Shown here: piece by piece, positions 27,234-37,300 of the stretch
Position numbering within the stretch: the stretch's first letter is position 1
Layout: every line of letters begins with the position of its first letter
Assembly (NCBI GenBank): GCA_022865215.1
Contig: JALIDP010000003.1
Coordinates: 1-50,501 of the forward strand
DNA: 50,501 bases
Origin: Candidatus Nanohalarchaeota archaeon QJJ-7
GTDB lineage: Archaea; Nanohalarchaeota; Nanosalinia; Nanosalinales; Nanohalalkaliarchaeaceae
Reading direction: 5' to 3'
Notes under the pieces: model-generated
What the model saw: the letters and a program-made list of their open reading frames with translations, nothing else
What the model was told of the DNA's origin: nothing
The model's database searches: none
Translations under genes and position numbers: made by a program

Positions 27234-28490
27234 ATGGATCGCGGAGATGTCCTCGTCGGGACGGGCCTGATCGCAATAATGCTGTTCATACTCCTCTCAT
27301 CTCCAGGCCCCCTTACCGGTTTTCTTACGTTTCAACCCTCTACAACTGTATCTGTAGAGAACGACACTAGCATCAAAATCAGCTATTTCCAGTTCGACCA
27401 GATAATTAACCGGGGAAACTCGACGGATATTGACGTGGAGATTACCAACTCGGGAAGCAACACTATAGAGAACGTGAACTTCACAGTAAATATCTTCAAG
27501 AACGGTACAGCCCTCTGGAGCTACCCCTCCCGCCAAAAGACACTTGAGCCGGGCTCGTTCCTCTCTCAAAGCTTCATGCACACCCCACAGGACACAGGTC
27601 TTTACCGTATCAGACTCCGTATAGATGTAGAGAACAGCATCATAGTCACAGGGGCGCCGCTCCAGGTGAACGAGAGGCCGACGGACGAAGCCACCAACCG
27701 CACAGTCACCTTAACACGGAAGAAAATAGAATACATCTATCCGGAAGCGCCTGAAGAAGAGGCGCCGTCCCGTAGCTGGGATCTCCACGTTCCGGAGAAC
27801 ATAACCCTGGAGGACGGGAAGACGAGTACCTCCACCATAGGCGTTGAAAACACAGGAGAAGCTCCCCTGGAGAACGTTCGACTCCTGCTACAGGCTCCTG
27901 TGAACATAACAACCGATTACAGCCCCGAGATACTGTTCAGCGTCTCGCCTAATACCACGAAGAACTTTATGATAGAGTTCACCCCTGATGAAGGTTTGCA
28001 TGGAGAATATGACATCGGATCCACACTCCATTCCAAACGTTTCAGCCAGAAGAGCACTATCGATGCCGATGTCAGACCGGCATCCACCCTCAAAAATCTC
28101 CAGCAGGAGATAAAGAACCTTCGACTCGTCCTAGCGGATGCGAGGACCCGGACCGAGGTAGCCTCAGATAGAGGATCTGACGTTGAAAAAATCGAGAAAC
28201 TGCTGGACCAGGCCAATGAAAGCCTTGAAACAGCAAGTGACTCGGTAGATGAAACGGATATTGAAGGGGCTCGGGCGGCGATAGACACAGCACGAGAATC
28301 CCTGGACCGGGTCTACACGTTACTATTCCAGTTGCAGGGACACCAGATATCGGTAAGAGCACCCCTGATAAACCCGTTCTACATCTTCGTTGCGGTACTA
28401 TTGATAGGGATAGCTCTCCTACTGGTCATAGGGTATTATTACCTGCACGAAAAACATAAACAGAGGCCGGAACTCCTGAGAGGAGAATAG
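27234..28490 (+). CDS. Surface protein: N-terminal anchor, two CARDB/NEW3-like Ig domains, helical bundle, C-terminal TM
   Basis: ITNSGS and VENTGE motifs; N-x-S/T sequons; GSDVEKIEKLLDQA helices; C-terminal TM followed by a basic tail. Confidence 0.75.
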   Translation: MDRGDVLVGTGLIAIMLFILLSSPGPLTGFLTFQPSTTVSVENDTSIKISYFQFDQIINRGNSTDIDVEITNSGSNTIENVNFTVNIFKNGTALWSYPSRQKTLEPGSFLSQSFMHTPQDTGLYRIRLRIDVENSIIVTGAPLQVNERPTDEATNRTVTLTRKKIEYIYPEAPEEEAPSRSWDLHVPENITLEDGKTSTSTIGVENTGEAPLENVRLLLQAPVNITTDYSPEILFSVSPNTTKNFMIEFTPDEGLHGEYDIGSTLHSKRFSQKSTIDADVRPASTLKNLQQEIKNLRLVLADARTRTEVASDRGSDVEKIEKLLDQANESLETASDSVDETDIEGARAAIDTARESLDRVYTLLFQLQGHQISVRAPLINPFYIFVAVLLIGIALLLVIGYYYLHEKHKQRPELLRGE

Positions 28491-28493
28491 GAT

Positions 28494-28745
28494 ATGGGAC
28501 TGATAAGACCGTTCAAATACACGAACTCAGAGGGGGAGACCTACTTCCTCCACAAGTCGGAGAAAGGTGACAGAACCAACTACTACTTCTCCAAGAATCC
28601 AGAAGGATCGCTGCGCTCCCGTCCAAGCGGGTTCAAGGTGAAGGAGAACCCTCACTCCCACATGCCTTACCTCAAACGTGGCAGGGGAGGTATCCTGGGA
28701 AGTATAATGGAGCTTCTGGGGATGTCCACAGAATCCGGGACCTAG
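28494..28745 (+). CDS. Small basic conserved hypothetical protein
   Basis: YTNS-G-TY-LH…YYFSK…P-G-V-ENP…P-LK pattern; 3 bp after the upstream gene. Confidence 0.7.
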   Translation: MGLIRPFKYTNSEGETYFLHKSEKGDRTNYYFSKNPEGSLRSRPSGFKVKENPHSHMPYLKRGRGGILGSIMELLGMSTESGT

Positions 28746-31204
28746 TCTGCACCTATCTGGTTCCTGATATGGGAAAAAGTCCTGATAATTCTTTCTCTCT
28801 CCACATCATCGATATCAGTAGATGTAGTAGTTACCTCCACAGGATTCTGCTGACTCTCCCCCCCTATCTCCTCCTTTATGTATGATACCGTCTGGGTGAG
28901 GTCCTCTCTTTCCTCTGGAGCCCTGCGACGGAACACAACAGCCACTACCGCTGCCGCCTGTACAACCAGGATCAGGAATATAATTTTGTTCAAGAGATTA
29001 TCTCCTATAAGAACCTCTCCAGAAGGGATATCTATGCTGGGTAACGCTCCTTTGAGGGGGTCGCCTCGCGAAGCCACCATCCCTGTGGGGGAAACCGTGC
29101 TGTTCTCCACCGGATCTACCGTTATACCGAAAGCGTACGACTTCCTGTTACCGTCGTGAACGAACACCGGTTCTGCAGTATATGTGTCCTCAGATACGTT
29201 AGGAGATATCTCAAGCTCCAACAGGACCTCTCGGCTCTGGTTCATCTCGATCGGTGACGTGTCGTATTCCAGGTCCTTTATGAAAGGGACATCATCCTCG
29301 ATGACCTCGAAATCCCGGATAGTGGTGAAACCGGTGTTACTTACATACATAGAGATATTCCGTTCTTCTCCCGCATTAGCGCTTACTTTATCCGGGGCTG
29401 TTATGCTTATACTGCTCGGGCGTTCCACCTCGATATCAAAAGATACATCCCCACGGCTGTATGGTTCTTTCGACGCCTCCAGAGTCAGCGAGTGGCTTCC
29501 CTCAGTGTCTGGAGAGGGAACACTCAGGTTGAAGATGCCCTGATCATCCGTTCTCATCTGGTCGACCACACTTCCAGAACGTATTAGGCTTACTGAGGCA
29601 TTGAATACAGAGTTCTCATCCTCATCCCGGACCGTGCCCTGCACCTGAACTGTATCATCGGGATCGTATACCTCTTCCCCAACAGAATACCGGACATCCA
29701 GATTTTCCCGAACTCCTATCGCGTAAGCCCCTTCCCCTTCATCAACGAACAATGCCTCACTTCCCACGTAATTGAACTCAGCTTCCACATTATCCCATGA
29801 ACCCCAGCATTCACCGCTCTCCATATTCCATCCCGTGCATTGGAGGACTTCCATATCCCTCGGATTATCTATATTCTCGGTGCTGTAGCCGAGCGAGAAA
29901 CTCCTGGATTCTGAATCGAGGGCGCTCATATATGCGTAAAGACCTGCCAGCTTCATCCCCGGAACTTCCTCAAGGGACGAGTAGAACTGGTACCTGATAG
30001 GGCCGTCCCAACTATCCACATCCACATCCTCCAGGGAGATACTTGCCGGGAAAGTTTCATGCGGGAATTCCAGTTCCACGTTATACGTTCCTGGGACGAT
30101 AGAAGATGTGTAATCCCCTTTCGAATCTATCTTCCTGACCTCCTTTCCATCGTCCAGAAACCGGAGCACAAAAGGTAACGCATCATCATCCTCTCCACGG
30201 AACTCGCCCTCCAAACGGGCAGGATACTTTATCTTTACCGTCTCAGAGGCCTGGAAATCCTCCCGGGAGAACTCTATATCGAGATCGTAGTTCCCCCTCG
30301 ACATGTTCGGGAGGAAAACGGAGAATGTTGATGCCCCGTCCCTGGAAGTCTCCTTCACAGAGACGTTGTCCAGATCGTCCCCATCGAGCGAGAAATCAAT
30401 ATCGTCTTCAACGACTTCGATACTCTTCCCCCTGTTTGCAGCCTCTACATCAACCTCTACCGCTTTTCCGTCGAAAATTGTCGTATCGGATACAGTTGCA
30501 TCGAACTGAAGACGCTCTTCAACTTTAATCTCTCTCGATAATGACTCTGTAGTTCCATTATGATACGCCTTTAAAGTCGGTTCGTAGTTCCCCGGCTCAG
30601 AAGGCATCTTCATAGACATCTTCCATTCGTTATCATTGCTATTGTAGCCTTCAATCAAATCTCTGGTCTCTCCACCGATCGATACAGTAAAATTAACATC
30701 TTCACCTATATCGATATCCGAATCTCCTACACCCTTTAAGACGCTAAAATACAGTTCCTCTTCCTGCTCTGTATAATAAACATCCTTCTCCAATCCCTGT
30801 ATCAAATCTGTCTTCAGGACTTCAACACTGAATTTCGATGATTTGAAATCAGTGGTTTCGTTAGTGCAACCTACGAAGAATGAGTAGTCCCCTGCAGAGA
30901 AATCATCCAATTCTTCCCAAAAATCTCGTACATTTTCCCCGTCTATGAAGTATTCCGCATTGGTTTCATCCTCAGCAATAAGTGAGAGAGAATCCTTGCT
31001 ATCTCTAGAAAAACCATCATGTGATATGTTCTGGACATAAACCTCATATGTCCCGGAAGTTGGCCCGCAGGTAGTTTCTATACGGAAATCCTGATCATTC
31101 CAGATTGTTTGAGAAGGTTCCACTGATACATCTGATACTGTCACAGCTGCTCCTAAAGTAGAGAAAAAAATACATATCCCCATAAAAAGGGCTGCACGCT
31201 TCAT
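28742..31204 (-). CDS. Multi-Ig-domain surface protein (about 820 aa) with C-terminal TM
   Basis: Signal peptide MKRAALF (ATGA overlap with minD); beta-rich repeats; C-x2-W-x6-C-x3-W motif; TM near aa 745. Confidence 0.8.
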   Translation of the reverse strand: MKRAALFMGICIFFSTLGAAVTVSDVSVEPSQTIWNDQDFRIETTCGPTSGTYEVYVQNISHDGFSRDSKDSLSLIAEDETNAEYFIDGENVRDFWEELDDFSAGDYSFFVGCTNETTDFKSSKFSVEVLKTDLIQGLEKDVYYTEQEEELYFSVLKGVGDSDIDIGEDVNFTVSIGGETRDLIEGYNSNDNEWKMSMKMPSEPGNYEPTLKAYHNGTTESLSREIKVEERLQFDATVSDTTIFDGKAVEVDVEAANRGKSIEVVEDDIDFSLDGDDLDNVSVKETSRDGASTFSVFLPNMSRGNYDLDIEFSREDFQASETVKIKYPARLEGEFRGEDDDALPFVLRFLDDGKEVRKIDSKGDYTSSIVPGTYNVELEFPHETFPASISLEDVDVDSWDGPIRYQFYSSLEEVPGMKLAGLYAYMSALDSESRSFSLGYSTENIDNPRDMEVLQCTGWNMESGECWGSWDNVEAEFNYVGSEALFVDEGEGAYAIGVRENLDVRYSVGEEVYDPDDTVQVQGTVRDEDENSVFNASVSLIRSGSVVDQMRTDDQGIFNLSVPSPDTEGSHSLTLEASKEPYSRGDVSFDIEVERPSSISITAPDKVSANAGEERNISMYVSNTGFTTIRDFEVIEDDVPFIKDLEYDTSPIEMNQSREVLLELEISPNVSEDTYTAEPVFVHDGNRKSYAFGITVDPVENSTVSPTGMVASRGDPLKGALPSIDIPSGEVLIGDNLLNKIIFLILVVQAAAVVAVVFRRRAPEEREDLTQTVSYIKEEIGGESQQNPVEVTTTSTDIDDVERERIIRTFSHIRNQIGAD

Positions 31205-32229
31205 GGAAGCCAACCCTTGATCTTCTCCGCAAGCGTCTCCTCGTAGGGATAACCTGTAATATCGGACGCTATGTTCTTGAACTCCCGCGAGGGCTTGATG
31301 TATGGTTTGCGAGAGACAAGGGGCTCGTTCTCAAGTATGCTGCGCTGTACATGGTTATGTTTTGGGATCACCCCTATTACAGGTATATCAAGCACTTTCT
31401 CCACCTCCTGGATCGAAAGGTGGTCCTTGGGGGAATCGTACATGTTTACAACCACCCCGATGACTGACTTCCCTTTCTCCCTAGCCTCACGGTACAGGCG
31501 GTAGGTATCCGAAAGCGATGGAATCTCTGGGGTAGTGACGAAAAGGAGTTCATCACAGTTCTCAACCACCCTTTCCACCGGCCTCTCGTATCCCGGAGGA
31601 GAATCGATAAGCACCGTGTATTCTGCAGGAATCTTGCCTAGTGCCTCTTGTATATCGCCGTCGAACTTCTCCGTAGCGAGTGATGTCGGGATAACTCTAA
31701 GTCCCGAATCCTTGTCGATCTGCATCGCCGACATAATATGGACATCCTGTTCGACCACTTGCTGGAGGGACGTAGGAGTAGTGTGTATACCCAGATGTAT
31801 CCCCAGGTTGGGCATCTCTGCATCCGCGTCCATCACTATGACTTTCTCACCGAACTCCATCAACGCCACACCGAGATTGAGCGTCACAACAGTCTTCCCT
31901 ACTCCGCCTTTACCGGAGACTATCCCGATGGTCCGGGGTTTGCTCAGTTCCTTGACTTCTTCCTCCACAGAGCTATCCACATCTTCCCTGGAAACCTCAC
32001 CCGATACATCCTCTCCCGATATCGCCTTTTCACCGCGTTCCCGTCCCTCTGCAAGTATACAAACACTGGACCTTCCAACCTTATGGGTATTTATAGCGCC
32101 CTGCTCGTCCATCCTCTCTATCTCCTTCGATATCTGGTACTCCTCCTCATCCAGCTGCCTCGCTATCTCCGATATGGACCTCGGCTTCTCCTCCAGAGAA
32201 TCAAGAATACGCTCCTGGATGTCACTCAT
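31201..32229 (-). CDS. minD: MinD/ParA-family ATPase with N-terminal winged HTH
   Basis: SGKGGVGKT, DAD-PNL, IDSPPG and VTTPE; C-terminal amphipathic helix LAEKIKGWL; N-terminal ILDSL…SISEIARQL…G-I…KVGRS. Confidence 0.85.
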   Translation of the reverse strand: MSDIQERILDSLEEKPRSISEIARQLDEEEYQISKEIERMDEQGAINTHKVGRSSVCILAEGRERGEKAISGEDVSGEVSREDVDSSVEEEVKELSKPRTIGIVSGKGGVGKTVVTLNLGVALMEFGEKVIVMDADAEMPNLGIHLGIHTTPTSLQQVVEQDVHIMSAMQIDKDSGLRVIPTSLATEKFDGDIQEALGKIPAEYTVLIDSPPGYERPVERVVENCDELLFVTTPEIPSLSDTYRLYREAREKGKSVIGVVVNMYDSPKDHLSIQEVEKVLDIPVIGVIPKHNHVQRSILENEPLVSRKPYIKPSREFKNIASDITGYPYEETLAEKIKGWLP

Positions 32230-32262
32230 GTGCTAAAGTACGTTCTGCCCTTATTTATGTTT

Positions 32263-32276
32263 TTTTACATGTAAAA
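32263..32276. promoter_or_regulatory. Perfect 14-bp palindrome TTTTACATGTAAAA next to the putative TATA box of HTH-minD
   Basis: Self-complementary; ATAAATAA on the minus strand at 32251-32258, about 25 bp before ATG 32229. Confidence 0.5.
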
Positions 32277-33029
32277 TCAGATTCCGCGCGTCATAATCAC
32301 ATGAAGAACTCCCCTGAGGTAGTCTATAGAACTATCAAATACCGGGACAAGGGGATGGAACCTATCAAACTCGTGTTCTCCAGTATAATAATACCTGCCC
32401 TCCGAATCAAACATTTCAACCGCCGCATCCTCGGATTTATCTATCTCGGGGCTGTAAGGTACTGCCACCTGTTCGTACCTCCCTGGGCTTTTGACCTGGA
32501 CCTGGCTGAACCTGCGGTCCGCCCGGCCCTCCACCGATAGGAAGAAAGACCCGACCCCTTCAGGTACAGCTATACCAAGGATCAGATCTTTCCCGTTCGC
32601 CCGGGACGAGACAACTTCGAAACCCTCCTCCCTCCCCACTGTAGATGTTCTGAACCGGTCCCTTACCACCTCTGAGGATTCAGGGCCGTATCGAAGAGTT
32701 ACGGACGCGTTCAGACTGCCATTATCTGGAGGACTGTAGAAGGCCAACTCCCGGGTAGCCCCTGACCCTGGTTCGAGTACGAATTCGTCCGACCACTTGC
32801 CGGCCCGGAGCTCGTCACCCACCACTTCAAGATGGAACCTCCCTACAAAGCTCTGGCTCCCTGTATTCATCGCTTCAACCAGCCAGACTTTCGGGCTCTC
32901 ATCACCCCCTGACTGGTTCAAGATATCTAGACTGGCGTTGAGAGAAGGCTGGACCTGAACGCCCACCTCGAATGCGACAGCAGAACTCGCCAGGAGGATA
33001 AACAGGGACAGGAGTACAATCCGTTTCAT
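32277..33029 (-). CDS. Secreted beta-sandwich protein
   Basis: Signal peptide ending ASSAVA; NTGS…LEPG Ig-like motif. Confidence 0.7.
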   Translation of the reverse strand: MKRIVLLSLFILLASSAVAFEVGVQVQPSLNASLDILNQSGGDESPKVWLVEAMNTGSQSFVGRFHLEVVGDELRAGKWSDEFVLEPGSGATRELAFYSPPDNGSLNASVTLRYGPESSEVVRDRFRTSTVGREEGFEVVSSRANGKDLILGIAVPEGVGSFFLSVEGRADRRFSQVQVKSPGRYEQVAVPYSPEIDKSEDAAVEMFDSEGRYYYTGEHEFDRFHPLVPVFDSSIDYLRGVLHVIMTRGI

Positions 33030-33033
33030 CCTA

Positions 33034-33459
33034 TCACGTTAATCCATGTCTCTCGATGAACAGGTCTCCCCTGTAGTAGCCCTGGGAAGCGTTTTCAGGT
33101 TCGAACACCAGGGAAATGTTCCTAGCACCTCCTGATTCTATCCGGACGCTTTCATCAGGATCAATCGAGATATACTTGCTTATATTCCCCTCCACACTGA
33201 ACCGCATCTCCACAGGACCATCACCAGGATTCTCGAGCTCCAGCTGGCGTTCCGAACTCATCGCACCTCCTGGAAGAGTCCCGAAACCTATAGGCCTTTC
33301 ATCGGCAGCGAGCCCAACAGTAAGGTCTCCTCCAGAACCGTTTACCGTGCCTTCAAGGACGTAACTCTCCTCCATACGATAGCTTTCCCCTGCAATAAAC
33401 ATCCCCGCCGCAACCAGAGCTATCAGAACGGGGATCGCCACCAGTATACGTTTATCCAT
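33034..33459 (-). CDS. Small membrane-anchored Ig-like protein
   Basis: N-terminal TM; FG-LP-G…LEN…GNI…G-Y-G-L. Confidence 0.7.
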   Translation of the reverse strand: MDKRILVAIPVLIALVAAGMFIAGESYRMEESYVLEGTVNGSGGDLTVGLAADERPIGFGTLPGGAMSSERQLELENPGDGPVEMRFSVEGNISKYISIDPDESVRIESGGARNISLVFEPENASQGYYRGDLFIERHGLT

Positions 33460-34372
33460 CCTGAACCACCTTCCACACCACGAAGCTCATAACGGCCAGA
33501 AGGAATAAGAGGATTACGGTGGAAATCGGCATCCCTTTCTCCTCTCTATCACGGCGCTCCACCGCCCTTACAGATTCTTTCAACGAGATATCGGCTGTTT
33601 CACTGACTTCCCCCGTACCGTAGTCCGCAGCCACCCGGGCCTTGAACTCCTCCCTCCCTGCCGGGACCGACGTGGAGAACTTTCGGGTCTCACCCGGCGG
33701 GACCACCTTTTCATCCCTGCCGATATCCTCGGTACTGTTCTCTCCTTCAATCTTGAACCGTGTCTCTACCTCCATCGTAGCAGTCCCATTGTTGTAGAAA
33801 GAGGCCACCAGCTTCTCATCAGCCAACCTGGTCGACCCCGGTCTTAAACCTATAATTTTCCCTGATCTTGTAACCTCCCCTGGAACCCTGAATATCACGG
33901 GGAAGGAAGACGTTGATAGAAGGCTTAAACTACCACTGCCCTCTATATCAGGATCAGGGGTTATCAGGAGGACATGGTACCCCGGCTCCATATCGCCAGG
34001 GATATTGACAAGGAACTTGACATCCTTCCATCGAACGAATTCAGAACCTGCAGCACTCAGTTCCTGGTCCTGTTCTTCTATAGCCCCCTCACCTCTCAGC
34101 ATCTCCACACATTCAGCACACGACTGTGCGGAGAAGCTCCCTGACTTGGATGATTTGAACCGGTTGAAATCTCTTAATGAACCTCTCTCAGTCCTTATAT
34201 CTATCTCAACTTTCTCGGAGGAGAGCACACGGAAATCACCATAGAACGTTGATCCCGGATCCTGAACCCCTTCTTCAAGATGGGTAGGAGAAACAGCGAA
34301 CTGCAACGAGGCCCCTGCAGGCACCACCAAACCCAGTGCAGCGATTAACATAGCCAGGCGGACATCGAACAT
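33452..34372 (-). CDS. Surface protein with two Ig-like domains and C-terminal TM
   Basis: Signal peptide; AVSP, IP-D-EPG-H and NNGT motifs; C-terminal TM; abuts the giant gene. Confidence 0.75.
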   Translation of the reverse strand: MFDVRLAMLIAALGLVVPAGASLQFAVSPTHLEEGVQDPGSTFYGDFRVLSSEKVEIDIRTERGSLRDFNRFKSSKSGSFSAQSCAECVEMLRGEGAIEEQDQELSAAGSEFVRWKDVKFLVNIPGDMEPGYHVLLITPDPDIEGSGSLSLLSTSSFPVIFRVPGEVTRSGKIIGLRPGSTRLADEKLVASFYNNGTATMEVETRFKIEGENSTEDIGRDEKVVPPGETRKFSTSVPAGREEFKARVAADYGTGEVSETADISLKESVRAVERRDREEKGMPISTVILLFLLAVMSFVVWKVVQDG

Positions 34373-37300
34373 CTAGCTCTCCTCCAGCTGGCTATTGATA
34401 CGCCTGAGTTTATCTTCTGCCGAAGATTTGAGCTCTTCGTAGGTAGCGTCTTCCATTATCTCTTCCTCGTGTTGGGCATCGAGCAGCTCTATCAGCCTCT
34501 TTGTCTTCCTTTTCTCCTCTTTCAGCTCTTCCTGTTCCTTGATACGGCGCTTGTGCATCTCACGGAAGACGTCCCGGAAGCGATGCTGGGCGCCCTCGAG
34601 AGGGCTCACCCCCCGGAATCTGAAGGCATAAACCAGTAAAAGGATGATAACCGCGAAGACAATCGCTCCCACCGCCAGGGGCAGGATATCAAACGGTTTC
34701 CTTGTTTCGGGAACCTCTATCCTCTCTATAGCTGTCTCCGCCTCACCGATAAGGCCCTCGGCCTCGGATATAGACTGCATCGCTTTCTCGAACTCCTCAT
34801 CCTGCAAGCTCTCGTTGGCGTTCTGGATAGTGACCTCGATCTCCTGCACCATCGTCTCGACCCCTGAAACATCGGCCCCCTCCTCCTGGAGCGCTTCCAT
34901 CCGTACCTTTACCTCCTCAAGTCTCTCCCCGAGCCTCTGGATATCTTCCCGGATCTTGGCCTCCATGGACCGGAAAACACTTATATCGACAGGTTGCTGT
35001 CCGGAGGCCAGGTTGGATGTCGCCAGGATAGTACCGTTATAATCTCTGCGCTCCGCGTCCTTCGAGGGCTCGAAACTTACAGTGAACGTAGTGGTCTCCT
35101 GGACAGGAAGTGAAACAGGGTCGGCAGGATCTACAGATACCCATCCCGACGGCACTCCTACCACGTTCGTGGTAAGGTTCTCCAGTTCTGTTTCACCCGT
35201 GTTTGCGATAGTGATCGAGTTATATGTCGAGACACCTCTCGCCAGGTTCAGTTCTTCCGGTGCATCTATGATAGAGAGGTTAGTCTGCAGTGGTTCAGGT
35301 TCAGGTTCTTCGGGAGGAACCTCTTTCTCTACCGTCTCGGTCTCCTCTTCAACCGTCACTTCATCCTCTTCCTCTACTGCTTCCTCCACTTTGAAGGTTG
35401 AAGATGCGGTTGCGGGCTCTATAGAAGAGTCCAGGGGCTCCACCTTCGCGTTCAGTTTATAAGTTCCGGGCGGCTGGTCCCCGAATATGAAAACGTTCCT
35501 TGGAATGGTGAGGTTCTTCCCTGCCTCCGTGTAGACAGTTTCCGAGACGTAAGAATACTCCGTGCCGTTCTTTGTCACCCAGTAGGTGAGCTTGGAGTCC
35601 CCTGACTCCGTACCCATATTTATGATAGTAACGTTGAAATCCAGGAACTCGCCCTGCTTCTCGGTAAATTCAAGAGGGCTGAGCCGTATGTCGAACGGGC
35701 CAGTAGCTACTTCATCTGTCGCCATCCGGAACGACTGGAACCGGACAGCTTTATCGCCATCGTTCTCCACCACCAGCTTGGTCCAGTAGATACCCTTCTC
35801 CGGATCTTCAGGTAACTCCCAGAACGTTGAATAGAGTCCTTTCCCTCTTTTCTGGACATCCGTCTGGTTGAAATTCTTGAAAACCTCTCCTGAAGACTCG
35901 TAAACAGTTATATTCATCATATCCGCGTTTACCCGGTTCTCGCCCTTGTAAAGCGATACATAGGTGGTGAAGTTCGCTCCCCCGTACCACACACTTCCCG
36001 CGTCCCATCTCACCTTGAAGTCTCCTGCCTCACCGACAGCGAATGTCGAAGAGGCGTTCTCCTCCTCGGTCCTGTTCGTTACAGGATCGTACCATTCAGC
36101 CTCGGCTTCGAGGTCATAGATCCCTAGAGGGGCATCGTCAGCGAGATCGAACGTGGGCCTCGGATCGATATAACCCTCGTTTACCTCTGGAGACGTTGTG
36201 AACGGGTTCGACTGCTCCAGCGGCAGCTGGAAGTTATCGGACTTCCATATCGTCAGGTTGACAGACGCTCCTCCGATACCGTCACCGAAGAAGTCCTCCA
36301 GCCGGTAGCTTATCGAGCCCTCATCTCCTCTATCATAGTTCTCAAAGAGCGTCTCCAGTTCCGTGGACAGCTTCGCAGCGATTTTGAAAGAATCTGTAGA
36401 AAACCCGTCGTTCCCGAGAGTATCGTTTGCCGTCACGTTTACTGTGTAATTCCCTCGGAAGGTGGTGTTGGCGAGAGGGTCGGAAGTACCGTTAGGGTAA
36501 TAGAGCCCCCATTTCGAACTTTCAGAGGAGACGTTCGTGAGGTTCTCCACCCGTCTCATATTGGACATCACAGATACGTTACCGGGCTGCGTTACGTTGG
36601 CGCGCACCTGGTCGAGAGGGAAACCGGAAGTGGCGGTAACATTCGCGAGAATCTCCAAAGTGTCGTTCTGCCTTGCCAGGTAGGGGTCCATCGTGATATT
36701 GATCTTTGGAGCAACCGCCGGCAATACAGTAACATCCAGCTCCCTCCACCGCACAGCAGACTCTTTGAGGGTCGATATGTTGTAATTGGCGTTGTGCACC
36801 TCTTCCTCTACCCCTGTAACATTGTAGGTCATATTGAACCTTTCAGAGGAACCGAACGGCACAGAGAAGTTCCGGGGTTCGGGAGCTGTATTGTTCGCCT
36901 CTTCAGGAGATATCGTTATGTTAAGACCGGTGTTACCGGTATTGTTTACCGTCGGTCGACAGGCGACCCCTACCGCAGGGTCGCTGCTGGTCTCACAGCT
37001 CAGGGGATCGAGAGACCAGCTCCGTGTCTCAGGAACTGTTACATCCAATGTTAGAAGGTCATGGCTTCCGCTCGATGATGCGTTCAGAGTTCCAGTATAT
37101 TCTCCTGCAGGGAATCTGGAGGGCACTGAAACGTTCACGGTAACGCTCCGGTTCTCTCCCGGCTCTATCGCGGATATGTTCGATGGTGAGAATTCTGTGG
37201 TAAAGTTGTCGCATACCGCTCCCGAACCTTCGATACAGGAGAAATCGGTGTTCGAAACATTGACATTTCCAAGAGACTCCAGAGTAAAGTTCCCGAGGTT

